The position numbers were made by a program, and so were the translations under genes. From an uncultured Amylibacter sp. (GTDB lineage Bacteria > Pseudomonadota > Alphaproteobacteria > Rhodobacterales > Rhodobacteraceae), in assembly GCA_947497475.1 (NCBI GenBank), contig CANMGS010000001.1, positions 1,197,747 through 1,261,746 on the forward strand: a DNA stretch of 64,000 nt, read 5' to 3'. Positions within the stretch are counted from its first letter, which is position 1. Each line of letters starts with the position of its first letter. A model generated the notes under the pieces. It was given only the letters and a program-made list of their open reading frames with translations. It was not told where the DNA came from and did not search any database. Below, in pieces: positions 1 to 10,169 of this stretch.

Positions 1-1
1 A

Positions 2-583
2 CCATTTGCTGAAGGTGGGGCGTTTGTAAAATCTGACCCATCTGTCGAGCGCCCTGATTTACAGTTGCATTTCATCCCAGGGATTGTGGATGATCATATG
101 CGGAAAATTCATTTTAAGGATGGCTTTAGCTGCCATGCATGTGTTTTGCGTCCCAAAAGTCGTGGCACTGTTGGGTTGAAAGATAAAGAGCCAAGTTCTG
201 CACCGCGTATTGATCCTAATTTTTTAAGTGACCCAGATGATATGGAGCTGTTGAAAAAAGGCGGACGTATCGTTGAACGCCTTATGGAAACGGATGAATT
301 GGCATCGTGGCGTGGAAAAAGACTTTATGCGAACGATGGCAGTGATGCCGCTATAGAGGCGGATATTCGAAAACGCGCAGATACGATTTATCATCCTGTA
401 GGGACGTGTAAAATGGGTGCCGGCGATATGGCCGTTGTTGACAGTGAATGCCGTGTACATGGTGTTGATGGTCTGCGTGTTGTTGATGCATCTATCATGC
501 CGCGTCTTGTTGGAGGCAACACAAATGCGCCAACAATTATGATCGGCGAAAAGGTTGCTGACATGATCCTGAACGGTGTATAG
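2..583 (+). CDS. GMC-family oxidoreductase (choline dehydrogenase-like), C-terminal fragment; the 5' end lies upstream of the window
   Basis: The frame is open from the window edge. C-terminal GMC signature HPVGTCKMG...VVDASIMP...[13 protein letters not shown]. Confidence 0.8.
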   Translation, partial: PFAEGGAFVKSDPSVERPDLQLHFIPGIVDDHMRKIHFKDGFSCHACVLRPKSRGTVGLKDKEPSSAPRIDPNFLSDPDDMELLKKGGRIVERLMETDELASWRGKRLYANDGSDAAIEADIRKRADTIYHPVGTCKMGAGDMAVVDSECRVHGVDGLRVVDASIMPRLVGGNTNAPTIMIGEKVADMILNGV

Positions 584-615
584 CGGCAGCAACTGAATTC
601 TTATTAGGAAATGTT

Positions 616-1065
616 ATGTCTCTAAATGTTTATCTGTCAGGTGAAATTCACACTGATTGGCGCGATCAAATTATCGAAGGCTCTGCAGGTTTGAATGTAA
701 CGTTCAACAGTCCTGTGACAGATCACGGTGCATCTGATGATTGCGGTGTTGCAATTTTGGGTGAAGAGCCAAACAAGTTTTGGCACGATCGCAAAGGCGC
801 ACAAATCAATGCGATCCGTACGCGTAAAGGCATCGAAGAAGCAGACGTTGTTGTTGTGCGTTTTGGCGAAAAATACAAACAATGGAATGCAGCGTTTGAT
901 GCGGGTTATGCCGCCGCTTTGGGTAAGTCGCTGATCATCCTACATGGCGATGATCATCAACATGCATTGAAAGAGGTTGATGCGGCTGCATTGGCTGTAG
1001 CGCAAGAGCCGCATCAGGTTGTGGACATTCTACGTTATGTTTTGCAAGGCACTTTGCCAGCTTAA
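616..1065 (+). CDS. YtoQ-family protein (nucleoside 2-deoxyribosyltransferase-like fold)
   Basis: 149-aa ORF. N-terminus MSLNVYLSGEIHTDWR resembles the YtoQ family as I remember it. GGAAAT lies upstream of the ATG. Confidence 0.6.
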   Translation: MSLNVYLSGEIHTDWRDQIIEGSAGLNVTFNSPVTDHGASDDCGVAILGEEPNKFWHDRKGAQINAIRTRKGIEEADVVVVRFGEKYKQWNAAFDAGYAAALGKSLIILHGDDHQHALKEVDAAALAVAQEPHQVVDILRYVLQGTLPA

Positions 1066-1767
1066 TCAATCGCGTGGCGGGGTGACGAGGCCGACTTTCA
1101 CTGCTGGACGTTCTAAGAAACGTTCCAGATATGCGGGGACGTTTTTCAAGTCATCCCAACCCACAAGATGCGCTGCATCATAAAACCCAGTGATATTGCG
1201 CAACCACGGGGCAATTGCGATATCTGCGATTGAATAGTCGCCCACAACCCAATCTTTACCTTCTAATTGTTGATCTAAAACTCGGAGTATGCGCGCGCTT
1301 TCATTCGCGTAACGTTCTTTGGGACGCGGGTCTTCGATATCTTTCCCTGCGAATACGTTAAAGAAACCAAGTTGTCCGAACATTGGCCCAAGCCCACCCA
1401 TTTGGAACATCAACCACTGAATAGTTTCGTATCGTTTTGCAGGGTCTTTTGACAGGAACAACCCAGACTTTTCCGCCAGATAAATTAAAATGGCGCCGCT
1501 TTCCCATAGTGGCAATGGTTTTCCATCTGGACCATTTGGGTCAAGAATTGCAGGAATTTTATTGTTTGGGTTCAACGACAGAAATTCTGGCGTCATCTGA
1601 TCATTTGTGTCGAAGCTCACCAAATGTGCCTCATAGGGCAGCCCTGTTTCCTCTAACATAATAGATGCTTTGACACCGTTGGGGGTTGTTAAAGAGTAAA
1701 GCTGAATGCGATCTGGATGCTTTGCTGACCACCGTTTTGTAATCCCGAAGTTTGATAAATCTGACAT
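1066..1767 (-). CDS. Glutathione S-transferase family protein (YfcG/YghU-like)
   Basis: 233 aa. The stretch ...NPNNKIPAILDPNGPDGKPLPLWESGAILIYLAEKSG...LGPMFGQ closely matches the E. coli YfcG-type GST pattern. Confidence 0.85.
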   Translation of the reverse strand: MSDLSNFGITKRWSAKHPDRIQLYSLTTPNGVKASIMLEETGLPYEAHLVSFDTNDQMTPEFLSLNPNNKIPAILDPNGPDGKPLPLWESGAILIYLAEKSGLFLSKDPAKRYETIQWLMFQMGGLGPMFGQLGFFNVFAGKDIEDPRPKERYANESARILRVLDQQLEGKDWVVGDYSIADIAIAPWLRNITGFYDAAHLVGWDDLKNVPAYLERFLERPAVKVGLVTPPRD

Positions 1768-1927
1768 GAAATTCTCCTAATTTATGGAAAACATCGTGAT
1801 TTCAATAAGAAGATACAAGCTGATTTAGGGGTTTTAGAAGAAATATCTTGAAAAATGAGACTTTGGCGCCCAATTATAACGCCACATCCTCCAAACAACT
1901 GGAGAATGAACAAAACAGGGGAAGATC

Positions 1928-2344
1928 ATGTTAAACGAATTTAAAGACTTCATTGCAAAAGGCAATGTGATGGATATGGCCGTTGGTATTATCATCGGCG
2001 CGGCATTCACGGCAATCGTTGGTTCATTAGTAGCCGATTTAATCAACCCAATCATCAGCCTATTTATGGGCGGTGTAGACTTTAGCGGGCTTTACGCAAC
2101 GCTTGATAGTTCAACACATGCATCATTAGCTGCGGCTGAAGAAGCGGGTGCGCCGGTGTTTGCTTATGGTCGTTTCATCATGGCAATCATCAACTTCTTG
2201 GTTATCGCATTTGTTGTGTTCATGCTGGTACGTGCAGTGAATAAAACAAAGAAAAAAGAAGAAGAGGCTGCGCCTGCAGAGCCAGCTGGCCCAACAGACA
2301 ACGAATTGTTGGTAGATATTTTGAAAGCTTTGAAGAAGAAGTAA
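1928..2344 (+). CDS. mscL: Large-conductance mechanosensitive channel
   Basis: 138 aa. [27 protein letters not shown] is the canonical MscL N-terminus. Two TM segments and a charged KKKEEE tail. Confidence 0.95.
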   Translation: MLNEFKDFIAKGNVMDMAVGIIIGAAFTAIVGSLVADLINPIISLFMGGVDFSGLYATLDSSTHASLAAAEEAGAPVFAYGRFIMAIINFLVIAFVVFMLVRAVNKTKKKEEEAAPAEPAGPTDNELLVDILKALKKK

Positions 2345-2363
2345 TCCCTTCTTACTTTATACG

Positions 2364-2395
2364 AAAAGGCCCGCCTGCTTCAGCGGGCCTTTTTT
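2364..2395. terminator. Bidirectional rho-independent terminator between convergent mscL and ald
   Basis: Perfect GGCCCGC / GCGGGCC stem (2368-2374 and 2383-2389) flanked by an A-run upstream and a T-run downstream. Confidence 0.8.
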
Positions 2396-2396
2396 A

Positions 2397-3515
2397 TTAC
2401 ATTTTTAATGCAAGACTTGGCGCAGTCACATCCAAGCCTAAAGCTTTGCCTACTGCGAAATACGTCAATTTACCCGCATGCGTGTTCAAGCCGTTCAATA
2501 GATGTTCATCATCTTCACAAGCTTGCTTCCAACCTTTGTTTGCCAAAGAAATCATGAATGGCATTGTGGCGTTGCCCAAAGCGATCGTTGATGTGCGTGC
2601 AACGGCACCCGGCATGTTGGCAACACAGTAATGCATAATACCATCAACCTCGTATATCGGATCATCATGCGTTGTCGCTTTGGATGTTTCAAAGCATCCA
2701 CCTTGGTCGATGGCAACATCCACCAATACCGAACCAGGCTTCATTGTTGAAAGCTGGGCGCGGCTGACAAGTGTAGGGGCCGCAGCGCCCGGGATTAGGA
2801 CGGCACCGACAACGATGTCTGCTTGTGTGATCAGCTCAGCAGTGTTTTCACGTGAAGCATAGCGTGTCTTGAACTCATTGCTAAATGCATCATCCAGATA
2901 GCGCATGCGTGGCATAGACATATCCAACACGGTTACATCTGCACCCATCCCTGCAGCAACACGCGCTGCATGAGTGCCGACGACACCACCGCCGATGACG
3001 GCAACAGTTGCAGGTTTTACACCTGGTACGCCGCCCATCAAAACACCGCGTCCACCATTTGCTTTTTGTAAGGTCCAGCTGCCTACTTGTGGTGCAAGCT
3101 TCCCTGCAACTTCAGACATTGGTGCAAGCAGCGGCAATGCGCCATTGCGGTCTGTTACGGTTTCATAAGCGATGGCTGTAACGCCGCTTTCCAGCAAATC
3201 ATGTGTTTGTTCGGGGTCTGGAGCCAAATGTAGATATGTGAACAGGATTTGGTTTTCGCGCAATTGTTTGCGTTCTACTGCCTGAGGTTCTTTAACCTTA
3301 ACAACCATATCTGCGGTGGCAAAAACCTCTGCTGCTGTGTCTACGATGCCAGCACCCGCTGCAACGTATGAAGCATCATCAAAGCCAGCGCCTATGCCAG
3401 CATTCTTTTCGATGATGACTTTATGGCCATTGCTTACCGCTTCCATAGCAGCTGCTGGTGTCATCCCGACACGGTACTCTTGATTTTTGATTTCTTTGGG
3501 GCATCCAATAAGCAT
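2397..3515 (-). CDS. ald: Alanine dehydrogenase
   Basis: 372 aa. MLIGCPKEIKNQEYRVGMTP start and the NAD-binding motif VIGGGVVG are typical of Ald. Confidence 0.95.
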   Translation of the reverse strand: MLIGCPKEIKNQEYRVGMTPAAAMEAVSNGHKVIIEKNAGIGAGFDDASYVAAGAGIVDTAAEVFATADMVVKVKEPQAVERKQLRENQILFTYLHLAPDPEQTHDLLESGVTAIAYETVTDRNGALPLLAPMSEVAGKLAPQVGSWTLQKANGGRGVLMGGVPGVKPATVAVIGGGVVGTHAARVAAGMGADVTVLDMSMPRMRYLDDAFSNEFKTRYASRENTAELITQADIVVGAVLIPGAAAPTLVSRAQLSTMKPGSVLVDVAIDQGGCFETSKATTHDDPIYEVDGIMHYCVANMPGAVARTSTIALGNATMPFMISLANKGWKQACEDDEHLLNGLNTHAGKLTYFAVGKALGLDVTAPSLALKM

Positions 3516-3582
3516 GACGACTCCTGTTGCTGTATTAAATATAACAAAACTATTGCACGGCTTATTTAAAAAATATTTGTTA

Positions 3583-3614
3583 TATTTCGAATATTTTTGC
3601 CTTTATTCGAACAT
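3583..3614. promoter_or_regulatory. Candidate Lrp-type operator pair in the ald/lrp divergent promoter region
   Basis: Two palindromic TTCGAA cores (3586-3591 and 3606-3611) lie exactly 20 bp apart in a very AT-rich 142-bp intergenic region. The functional assignment is an inference. Confidence 0.25.
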
Positions 3615-3657
3615 TTAATTAATAATATGATTAAATATGATGAAAGGTTTCAATTAA

Positions 3658-4116
3658 ATGAAGATTGATGAAATAGACCGTCGAATCTTAAATACGCTCC
3701 AACGATCTGGGCGTATTTCAAATTCTGATCTTGCAGAGAAGGTAAACCTTTCTCCATCTGCATGCCATCGTCGTGTACAGCTTCTTGAAAAGAAAAAAAT
3801 AATTAAAGACTATGTTGCTTTATTAGATGCACGTGAAGTTGATCGTAAATCAACAATTTTTGTTGAAATTACGCTGTCAGGACAGGCAGATGCTTTGCTC
3901 GACGCGTTTGAACGTGAAGTGAAATTGGTGCCAGACGTTTTGGAATGCCACCTTATGGCCGGTACTGCAGATTACCTTTTAAAAGTTGTCGCTGCTGATA
4001 CAGAAGATTTTGCCCGTATTCACCGCCGTTATTTAGCGCGCTTGCCTGGTGTTGCACAATTGCAATCTAGTTTCGCACTACGGACGGTTTTCAAAACGAC
4101 TGCGTTACCAATCTAG
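3658..4116 (+). CDS. Lrp/AsnC-family transcriptional regulator, divergent from ald
   Basis: 152 aa. N-terminal HTH (IDEIDRRILNTLQRSGRISNSDLAEKVNLSPSACHRRV) followed by an AsnC-type ligand domain. Confidence 0.9.
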   Translation: MKIDEIDRRILNTLQRSGRISNSDLAEKVNLSPSACHRRVQLLEKKKIIKDYVALLDAREVDRKSTIFVEITLSGQADALLDAFEREVKLVPDVLECHLMAGTADYLLKVVAADTEDFARIHRRYLARLPGVAQLQSSFALRTVFKTTALPI

Positions 4117-4442
4117 CCTGTAAAATATTGAACAGCGTATAAGACGCCAAAACCTGTGACGACTGTCCCTACGACACTGCGTTTCCACACACCAATTGTA
4201 ATAGCTGCAATGGTTGCAAGAATACGGGATGCATCAGGTGACCCTCCTGTTGCTTCGGGCCACAAAATGAGAGGGGCGATCAACCCAGGTAAAATCGCGA
4301 CACCAACATAGCGTAGATGACGTAGGAACCATTCAGGTAACTCACGGTTACCAAGAAGGCCAAGGAATGAATAACGTATAAAAAGTGTGCCAACACCAAG
4401 GCCGACAATTACAGTCCAAATTTGTACTTGGTCGAGGATCAT
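4113..4442 (-). CDS. azlD: Branched-chain amino acid transport protein AzlD
   Basis: 109-aa hydrophobic protein. Its start overlaps the stop of upstream azlC by 4 nt. Confidence 0.8.
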   Translation of the reverse strand: MILDQVQIWTVIVGLGVGTLFIRYSFLGLLGNRELPEWFLRHLRYVGVAILPGLIAPLILWPEATGGSPDASRILATIAAITIGVWKRSVVGTVVTGFGVLYAVQYFTG

Positions 4443-5152
4443 TTTCTACCCTCTAATTTAAGTTCTGCATAAGCACCAACCATCATCGCAATAAGGCCAG
4501 CTATGATCAGCCCAAGACTGAAAGGAACCCAAGTTAAAGAAAGTGCTGCGATAATAGATGTCAGAGCAGCCAGAACTTGAGGCAAAGTTTTGAGCATTGG
4601 AGCTATTAAAGCTATGAAACAAATTGGTACGGCAAAATCGAGCGAGAATGCATCAGGAATAGAAGCGCCTAAGACTGCCCCAAGATATGTTGCAACATAC
4701 CAAAGAGGCGCAATTGCCAAAACAACACCGAAAAAGAAAGCGACTTTGTTCTCGACTGGTTGATTCGGCCTTTCATCAAACTCCTTTGCTGTCAGAGCGT
4801 AAGCTTGGTCTACCAAAAAATATGAGATGATGAATTTTAGCCAAGTTTTAACTTTGCCAAAATGCGGGACCAGTGCTGCTGAATACATGGCCATACGTAA
4901 ATTTACGGCAAGCGATGTTAGTAACACGATCACTGTTGGTGCATTATCTGTCAGCAAGGCCAATGCGCTAAACTGAGATGCGCCTGCGATGACTAGAACT
5001 GAGAATGACATTACCTGAAGAATATTTAATCCGGCTTCGGTTCCGACAACGCCAAAGAGAGCACCAAAAGGCACAACGATTAATATAAAAGGCAGTCCCT
5101 CACGAAAACCGCGCCAGAAGATGCTTTTTGTGTTTGATGTGTCATCAGACAT
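4439..5152 (-). CDS. azlC: AzlC-family branched-chain amino acid permease component
   Basis: 237 aa, multi-TM. The motif ...VIAGASQFSALALL... is typical of AzlC. Confidence 0.85.
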   Translation of the reverse strand: MSDDTSNTKSIFWRGFREGLPFILIVVPFGALFGVVGTEAGLNILQVMSFSVLVIAGASQFSALALLTDNAPTVIVLLTSLAVNLRMAMYSAALVPHFGKVKTWLKFIISYFLVDQAYALTAKEFDERPNQPVENKVAFFFGVVLAIAPLWYVATYLGAVLGASIPDAFSLDFAVPICFIALIAPMLKTLPQVLAALTSIIAALSLTWVPFSLGLIIAGLIAMMVGAYAELKLEGRK

Positions 5153-5215
5153 TCTAATCAGGTGCTCTTGGAAGATGTTTGTAATGGGTCTAAAGGTATC
5201 TGATGATCAAACCGT

Positions 5216-6076
5216 TTGGAGACAAGATTGTCCATAGCAAAAAATGATACTGGAATGATTATTTCGCCAGATGCATCGGCGCCAAAATTGACACGTGCGG
5301 TTGCAGGCGTTGATGAGAATGGCATTGATATTATGCTGGCTGTTATCGAGGAACGTCCTTTGACGATTTTTCTTAATAGTCAGGAAATTGTAACTGCTAT
5401 GACAATCGGGGATTATCCTGAATATCTGGCATTAGGGTTTCTGCGAAATCAACGTATGCTGGCTGTGGATGAAGATATCCTTGGGGTTGATTATGATGAA
5501 GAGCTGGAAACTGTTGTTGTCCGTACTGCTCAAGAAACAAACTACGAAGAGAAATTGACCAAGAAAACGCGAACATCAGGGTGCGCTGTAGGTACTGTTT
5601 TCGGCGATATAATGGAAGGTTTGGATAAAGTGGCCTTGCCAGAAGTCACGGCACACACATCATGGTTTTATGAGTTATCTAAAAAGATTAACCAGACGCC
5701 AAGCTTGTATCTTGAGGCTGGTGCTGTGCATGCGACTGTGCTGTGTCATAAAGACCAGCCACTTGTGTATATGGAGGATGTTGGGCGCCACAATGCAGTT
5801 GATAAAATTTCAGGTTGGATGGTGTCTGAAAATGTGTCAGCCGCAGATAAGATATTATATACAACGGGTCGTTTGACATCAGAGATGGTTATTAAAACTG
5901 CCCTGATGGGTATCCCTGTTTTGGTGTCGCGCTCAGGCTTTACTGCATGGGGTGTTGAGTTGGCAAATCAAGTTGGTTTGACACTAATAGGGCGCATGAA
6001 AGGAAAACGTTTTATGTGCCTGAGTGGTAAGGAACGATTGGTATGGGATCATTCGTTTGATGAGGCTCGGAAATGA
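5216..6076 (+). CDS. fdhD: Formate dehydrogenase accessory sulfurtransferase FdhD
   Basis: 286 aa with the ...EDVGRHNAVDK... motif. The ORF opens with TTG at 5216; an internal ATG at 5255 is an alternative start. Confidence 0.88.
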   Translation: METRLSIAKNDTGMIISPDASAPKLTRAVAGVDENGIDIMLAVIEERPLTIFLNSQEIVTAMTIGDYPEYLALGFLRNQRMLAVDEDILGVDYDEELETVVVRTAQETNYEEKLTKKTRTSGCAVGTVFGDIMEGLDKVALPEVTAHTSWFYELSKKINQTPSLYLEAGAVHATVLCHKDQPLVYMEDVGRHNAVDKISGWMVSENVSAADKILYTTGRLTSEMVIKTALMGIPVLVSRSGFTAWGVELANQVGLTLIGRMKGKRFMCLSGKERLVWDHSFDEARK

Positions 6077-6696
6077 GTGTGATTGCGGGTGTTGTATTAG
6101 CAGGTGGTTTGTCTACGCGTATGGGTGGACAAGATAAGTGCTTGTTGAAATTGGATGGGCATTCTTTGCTGCAACACTCAATCAACCGTTTAACGCCACA
6201 GGTAGATCTGATTGCAGTAAATTCGAATAGTGATGCAGTCGAATACCCCAATACTGGGTTACCTATTGTACCAGATAGCTTTAAGGGGTTTGCAGGCCCT
6301 TTAGCGGGCGTTTTATCAGGTATGGAATGGGCTGCTGAAAAGGGTGCTGACTATATTGCGACTGTCGCAGCAGACACGCCGTTTTTCCCTGAAAACTTAG
6401 TGCAAGTTATGTGCGATTCTTTAAAGGATCAGTCAGGTGAGATCGCTATTGCCGAAACGCCTGCTGAGGATGCGAAATTTTACAATCATCCAACGTTTGG
6501 TTTGTGGCCAGTCGCGTTACGTGATGACTTACGCCAAGCTTTAGAGCAAGGTATGCGCAAAGTGATTCAATGGGCTAAACCACATGGAGTTGCAAAGGCA
6601 ACATTTTCATCTGATCCATTTGATCCATTTTTTAATGTGAACCGCCCCGAGGATTTCGAAAAAGCTCAGGCGTTTTTAAAGGAATATAAGCTGTGA
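6073..6696 (+). CDS. mobA: Molybdenum cofactor guanylyltransferase
   Basis: 207 aa. GVVLAGGLSTRMGGQDK nucleotide-binding motif. 4-nt overlap with fdhD. Confidence 0.9.
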   Translation: MSVIAGVVLAGGLSTRMGGQDKCLLKLDGHSLLQHSINRLTPQVDLIAVNSNSDAVEYPNTGLPIVPDSFKGFAGPLAGVLSGMEWAAEKGADYIATVAADTPFFPENLVQVMCDSLKDQSGEIAIAETPAEDAKFYNHPTFGLWPVALRDDLRQALEQGMRKVIQWAKPHGVAKATFSSDPFDPFFNVNRPEDFEKAQAFLKEYKL

Positions 6697-7190
6697 AATT
6701 GTTTGGGATTGTTGGCTGGAAAAACTCTGGCAAAACCACAACGGTTGCTGCTCTGGTGACAGAGTTACGATCACGTGGGTTTTCTGTTTCAACTGTAAAA
6801 CATGCGCATCATGCGTTCGATTTAGACCAGCCAGGCCGCGACAGTTACAAGCATCGTGAAGCAGGGGCGCAAGAAGTTCTAATCAGCTCAGGTAACCGTT
6901 GGGCCTTGATGCATGAATTAAGAGATGAAGAAGAGTTTTGTTTAGATGAATTACTAACAAAGATGACTCCAGTAGATTTGATTTTGGTTGAGGGGTTTAA
7001 AAAAGAACCACATGCTAAAATAGAATGTCATCGCAGCAGTTCCGAGATGCCTTTGATCTGTTCAAAAGATGATACTATCATTGCCGTTGCAACGGATGTT
7101 GATGTGGACACATTAGGTTTACCAAAGCTAGATTTGAATAATGTGCCTGCACTTGCAGATTATATCATAAAACATGTTGGACTACGTTGA
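6693..7190 (+). CDS. mobB: Molybdopterin-guanine dinucleotide biosynthesis adapter protein MobB
   Basis: 165 aa. P-loop GWKNSGKTT. GTG start overlaps the mobA stop. Confidence 0.9.
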   Translation: MKLFGIVGWKNSGKTTTVAALVTELRSRGFSVSTVKHAHHAFDLDQPGRDSYKHREAGAQEVLISSGNRWALMHELRDEEEFCLDELLTKMTPVDLILVEGFKKEPHAKIECHRSSSEMPLICSKDDTIIAVATDVDVDTLGLPKLDLNNVPALADYIIKHVGLR

Positions 7191-8455
7191 TGCCAGTACC
7201 GCCTCTTAAGAACAATTGTTTTGCAATGCCCGCTGGTGTGAATTGGACGCCTGTCGATGATGCGTTGGAACAAATTAAGAGCGGATTACATCCCGTCGTA
7301 GAACGGGAAAAGATTGCGATCACAGGTGCATTGGGGCGTGTTATCGCGGAAACTGTTTTGTCGAAACGAAATAACCCGCCAATGGCAAACTCTGCCGTAG
7401 ATGGATATGGGTTTGCCCATGATCTATTGCCAGATAACGATGTTATAGAATTGCCACTGCAAAATGGTGTTGCCGCTGCTGGTATTCCTTATGACGGGCT
7501 TGTAACTGCTGGTTGTGCCATACGTATTCTAACGGGGGCTATTGTTCCCAGTGGCGTTGATACCGTTATTCTTGAAGAAGATATTGCCCTAAATGATGAA
7601 GCCACAGGTATTGTCTTTAGGGCTGGCCTGAAGCCAGGTGCAAATGTACGCCGTGCTGCAGAAGATTTTGCAACTAACGATGCAATTTTCGATGCAGGAC
7701 ATGTTCTACGCCCACAAGATATTGCCTTACTTGCCTCGGCAGGGGTTTCAGATGTTGTTGTTTATAAGCCTCTAAAGGTTGCCGTAATTTCTACGGGAAC
7801 AGAGCTAGTAGAAGTTGGGCAAGCTGCGCGTGCAGATCAAATTTTTGATGCAAACAAGCCGATGTTACTTAATTTGTTGCGTGATTGGGGCTTTGTGCCG
7901 ATAGATGGTGGGCATTTTGAAGACGACCCCGATATTATCCGCAATGGGTTTAATGCAGCTGCGGAAAAAGCCGATGCAATTTTGATTTCTGGGGGGGCAT
8001 CCGCAGGAGACGAAGACTATGTCTCTAAACTATTAGGGGATGAGGGTGTTTTGCATACATGGCGTGTGGCTGTAAAACCTGGGCGTCCAATTGCAATGGC
8101 GCTATGGAATGGCGTGCCAGCTTTTGGATTTCCAGGGAACCCTGTCGCTGCATTTGTATGTAGTTTGATTTTTGGTTATCCGACGTTGAAAATTTTATCG
8201 GGGCAAACGAAAACTTCAGTGCAATCCTTTAAAGTTCCAGCTGCTTTTGAGAAAAATAAAAAAGCAGGACGGCGTGAATACCTTCGGGCACGATTAAATG
8301 AAGATGGCAGTGTAGAGGTGTTTAAATCTGAAGGGTCAGGTCGGATATCTGGACTTGCTTGGTCTGACGGTTTGGTAGAGCTACCGGATGACGCTGCATC
8401 TATTACACAAGGTGATCTTGTGACGTATATTCCGTACACATCTTTTGGTATTTAA
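7187..8455 (+). CDS. moeA: Molybdopterin molybdenumtransferase MoeA
   Basis: 422 aa. MoeA N, MoCF-biosynthesis and C-terminal domain pattern (STGTELV..., ISGGASAGDEDY). TTG at 7187 or ATG at 7190. Confidence 0.9.
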   Translation: MMPVPPLKNNCFAMPAGVNWTPVDDALEQIKSGLHPVVEREKIAITGALGRVIAETVLSKRNNPPMANSAVDGYGFAHDLLPDNDVIELPLQNGVAAAGIPYDGLVTAGCAIRILTGAIVPSGVDTVILEEDIALNDEATGIVFRAGLKPGANVRRAAEDFATNDAIFDAGHVLRPQDIALLASAGVSDVVVYKPLKVAVISTGTELVEVGQAARADQIFDANKPMLLNLLRDWGFVPIDGGHFEDDPDIIRNGFNAAAEKADAILISGGASAGDEDYVSKLLGDEGVLHTWRVAVKPGRPIAMALWNGVPAFGFPGNPVAAFVCSLIFGYPTLKILSGQTKTSVQSFKVPAAFEKNKKAGRREYLRARLNEDGSVEVFKSEGSGRISGLAWSDGLVELPDDAASITQGDLVTYIPYTSFGI

Positions 8456-9456
8456 CGCGCGTTAAATGCTCCTGAAACACGGCCTAGTAACATGAAGGCC
8501 AATGCGCTGCGTGTTTTGCCCATTTCTGTCAGCTCTGAATTTTCAGCAGTTTTTTCAAACTCACGCAAAACAGTGTCAAACTGGGTTAGGAATGTATGAA
8601 CAGTTTCACGGAAAGGTACATCATGTTTTAAACGTGTATTTGCTAATGTTAATGCAGATCGATCCCTGACCATACCAAGCGCTGCAACATCTTTCCCACG
8701 TATTCCTTTTGCAAAGCTGCGCCATGCAGATGCATCAGGTTTTTCGACGCGTAAATCGTCTACATATATACCATCTTGGGATAGCATCGTCAGAACAGCC
8801 TGCGCTGATGCCAGAAGCTTTGAAGTGGTATGATCATTTTTGGCGCGACGCAGAGCATGGAAGCCTTCTGTATCACTCTCATTGTTTGGAAAGTTAAGGG
8901 CTTTGATTAACTCTCTAATTGTAACTGGAGTATTCGCAGTCTTCGAATTATCGGGTAACGGCAAATCTGCTTGGTTAATATCGATTGCTTCGGTGTTTTT
9001 AGGGGATAAAGCAGTCGTATTACGCGGCGCGGGCGTTTGCCCTTGGACGGCAAGCGTTTGTTCTGCCAATTGAGAAACTCTATGATCTGTTTGTTTGGTC
9101 ATTGCTGTGATCTGTGCCAGTTGACTTTGAATCCAACGATCACGTGTTTCTGATTCTTCGGCGACTTGAACTTCCAATGTCTTGCGCATTTTTTCTACGG
9201 ATGTACGCATATCATTGGTTTCACGGCGCATTGTTAACAGTGACTTTGCGATTAAAGCTGCCATCCACAAAAGAATAATCGGCAATAAAAGGCCAACAAG
9301 AATAAGAGCGGTCAAACTTTGGTCATTGCTGAGCTCAATTATAACATTTGGATAGGCCCAATACATAATAAAGCCGCCTAAAGCCCATATGAAGGTTAAG
9401 GCAAGTGCAATATAGACGGCTGCTTTTTCACCGTTGGTATCAGATGTGCTCTTCAT
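8452..9456 (-). CDS. Hypothetical membrane-anchored coiled-coil protein
   Basis: 334 aa. Two N-terminal TM helices, a charged heptad-like segment (TMRRETNDMRTSVEKMRKTLEVQVAEE...) and a helical C-terminal domain. I recognise no family. Confidence 0.6.
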   Translation of the reverse strand: MKSTSDTNGEKAAVYIALALTFIWALGGFIMYWAYPNVIIELSNDQSLTALILVGLLLPIILLWMAALIAKSLLTMRRETNDMRTSVEKMRKTLEVQVAEESETRDRWIQSQLAQITAMTKQTDHRVSQLAEQTLAVQGQTPAPRNTTALSPKNTEAIDINQADLPLPDNSKTANTPVTIRELIKALNFPNNESDTEGFHALRRAKNDHTTSKLLASAQAVLTMLSQDGIYVDDLRVEKPDASAWRSFAKGIRGKDVAALGMVRDRSALTLANTRLKHDVPFRETVHTFLTQFDTVLREFEKTAENSELTEMGKTRSALAFMLLGRVSGAFNAR

Positions 9457-9491
9457 GCTAGCAAGGCCAGTTCTTGTAAAATTAGGGTCGT

Positions 9492-9962
9492 TTACACAAA
9501 CTTTACGCTTACGATTTCATAGTATTTCGTGCCACCCGGTGTGCGTACCTCGACACTATCGCCTTCTTCTTTGCCAATCAATGCGCGTGCGATGGGTGAA
9601 TTCAGATTTAAAAGCGCACGTTCAATGTTTGCTTCGGTTTCCCCAACGATTTGGAATGTCTTTTCCTCGTCGGTATCTTCGTCTGCAATGGTAACCGTAG
9701 CGCCGAATTTCACGGTGCCAGATAGTTTTGAAACATCAATGATATCTGCAAGGCCGATAATGCCTTCCAGTTCTTTAATGCGGCCCTCAATATGGCTCTG
9801 TTGTTCGCGTGCTGCATGGTACTCAGCATTCTCTGATAAATCACCATGCTCGCGTGCTTCAGCAATCGCTTTAATCACGGCTGGTCTATCAACAGACTTT
9901 AACTGTTTTAGTTCTGCATCAGCTTCATTAAAGCCGCGCGCTGTCATAGGTATTTTATCCAT
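9492..9962 (-). CDS. greA: Transcription elongation factor GreA
   Basis: 156 aa. ...[20 protein letters not shown]... is the GreA signature. Confidence 0.95.
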   Translation of the reverse strand: MDKIPMTARGFNEADAELKQLKSVDRPAVIKAIAEAREHGDLSENAEYHAAREQQSHIEGRIKELEGIIGLADIIDVSKLSGTVKFGATVTIADEDTDEEKTFQIVGETEANIERALLNLNSPIARALIGKEEGDSVEVRTPGGTKYYEIVSVKFV

Positions 9963-10169
9963 ACTGCCCTGCTATGTCTTTATTTTCAGTAGCACACTCT
10001 AAAATCGCTTGGAGATCAGTGCAAGCGAAAGCTTTACCAAAAAAATATGAAAAATGGTGATATTTTTTCATTTTACGTCGCGTTGACGTTTCCATTTGCT
10101 CTAAAAAGTTGGTAATAGCCTTTTCTAAGTTATGAATATTCAGCGGTGCATTTGTAGAGGGAGTCCAAG

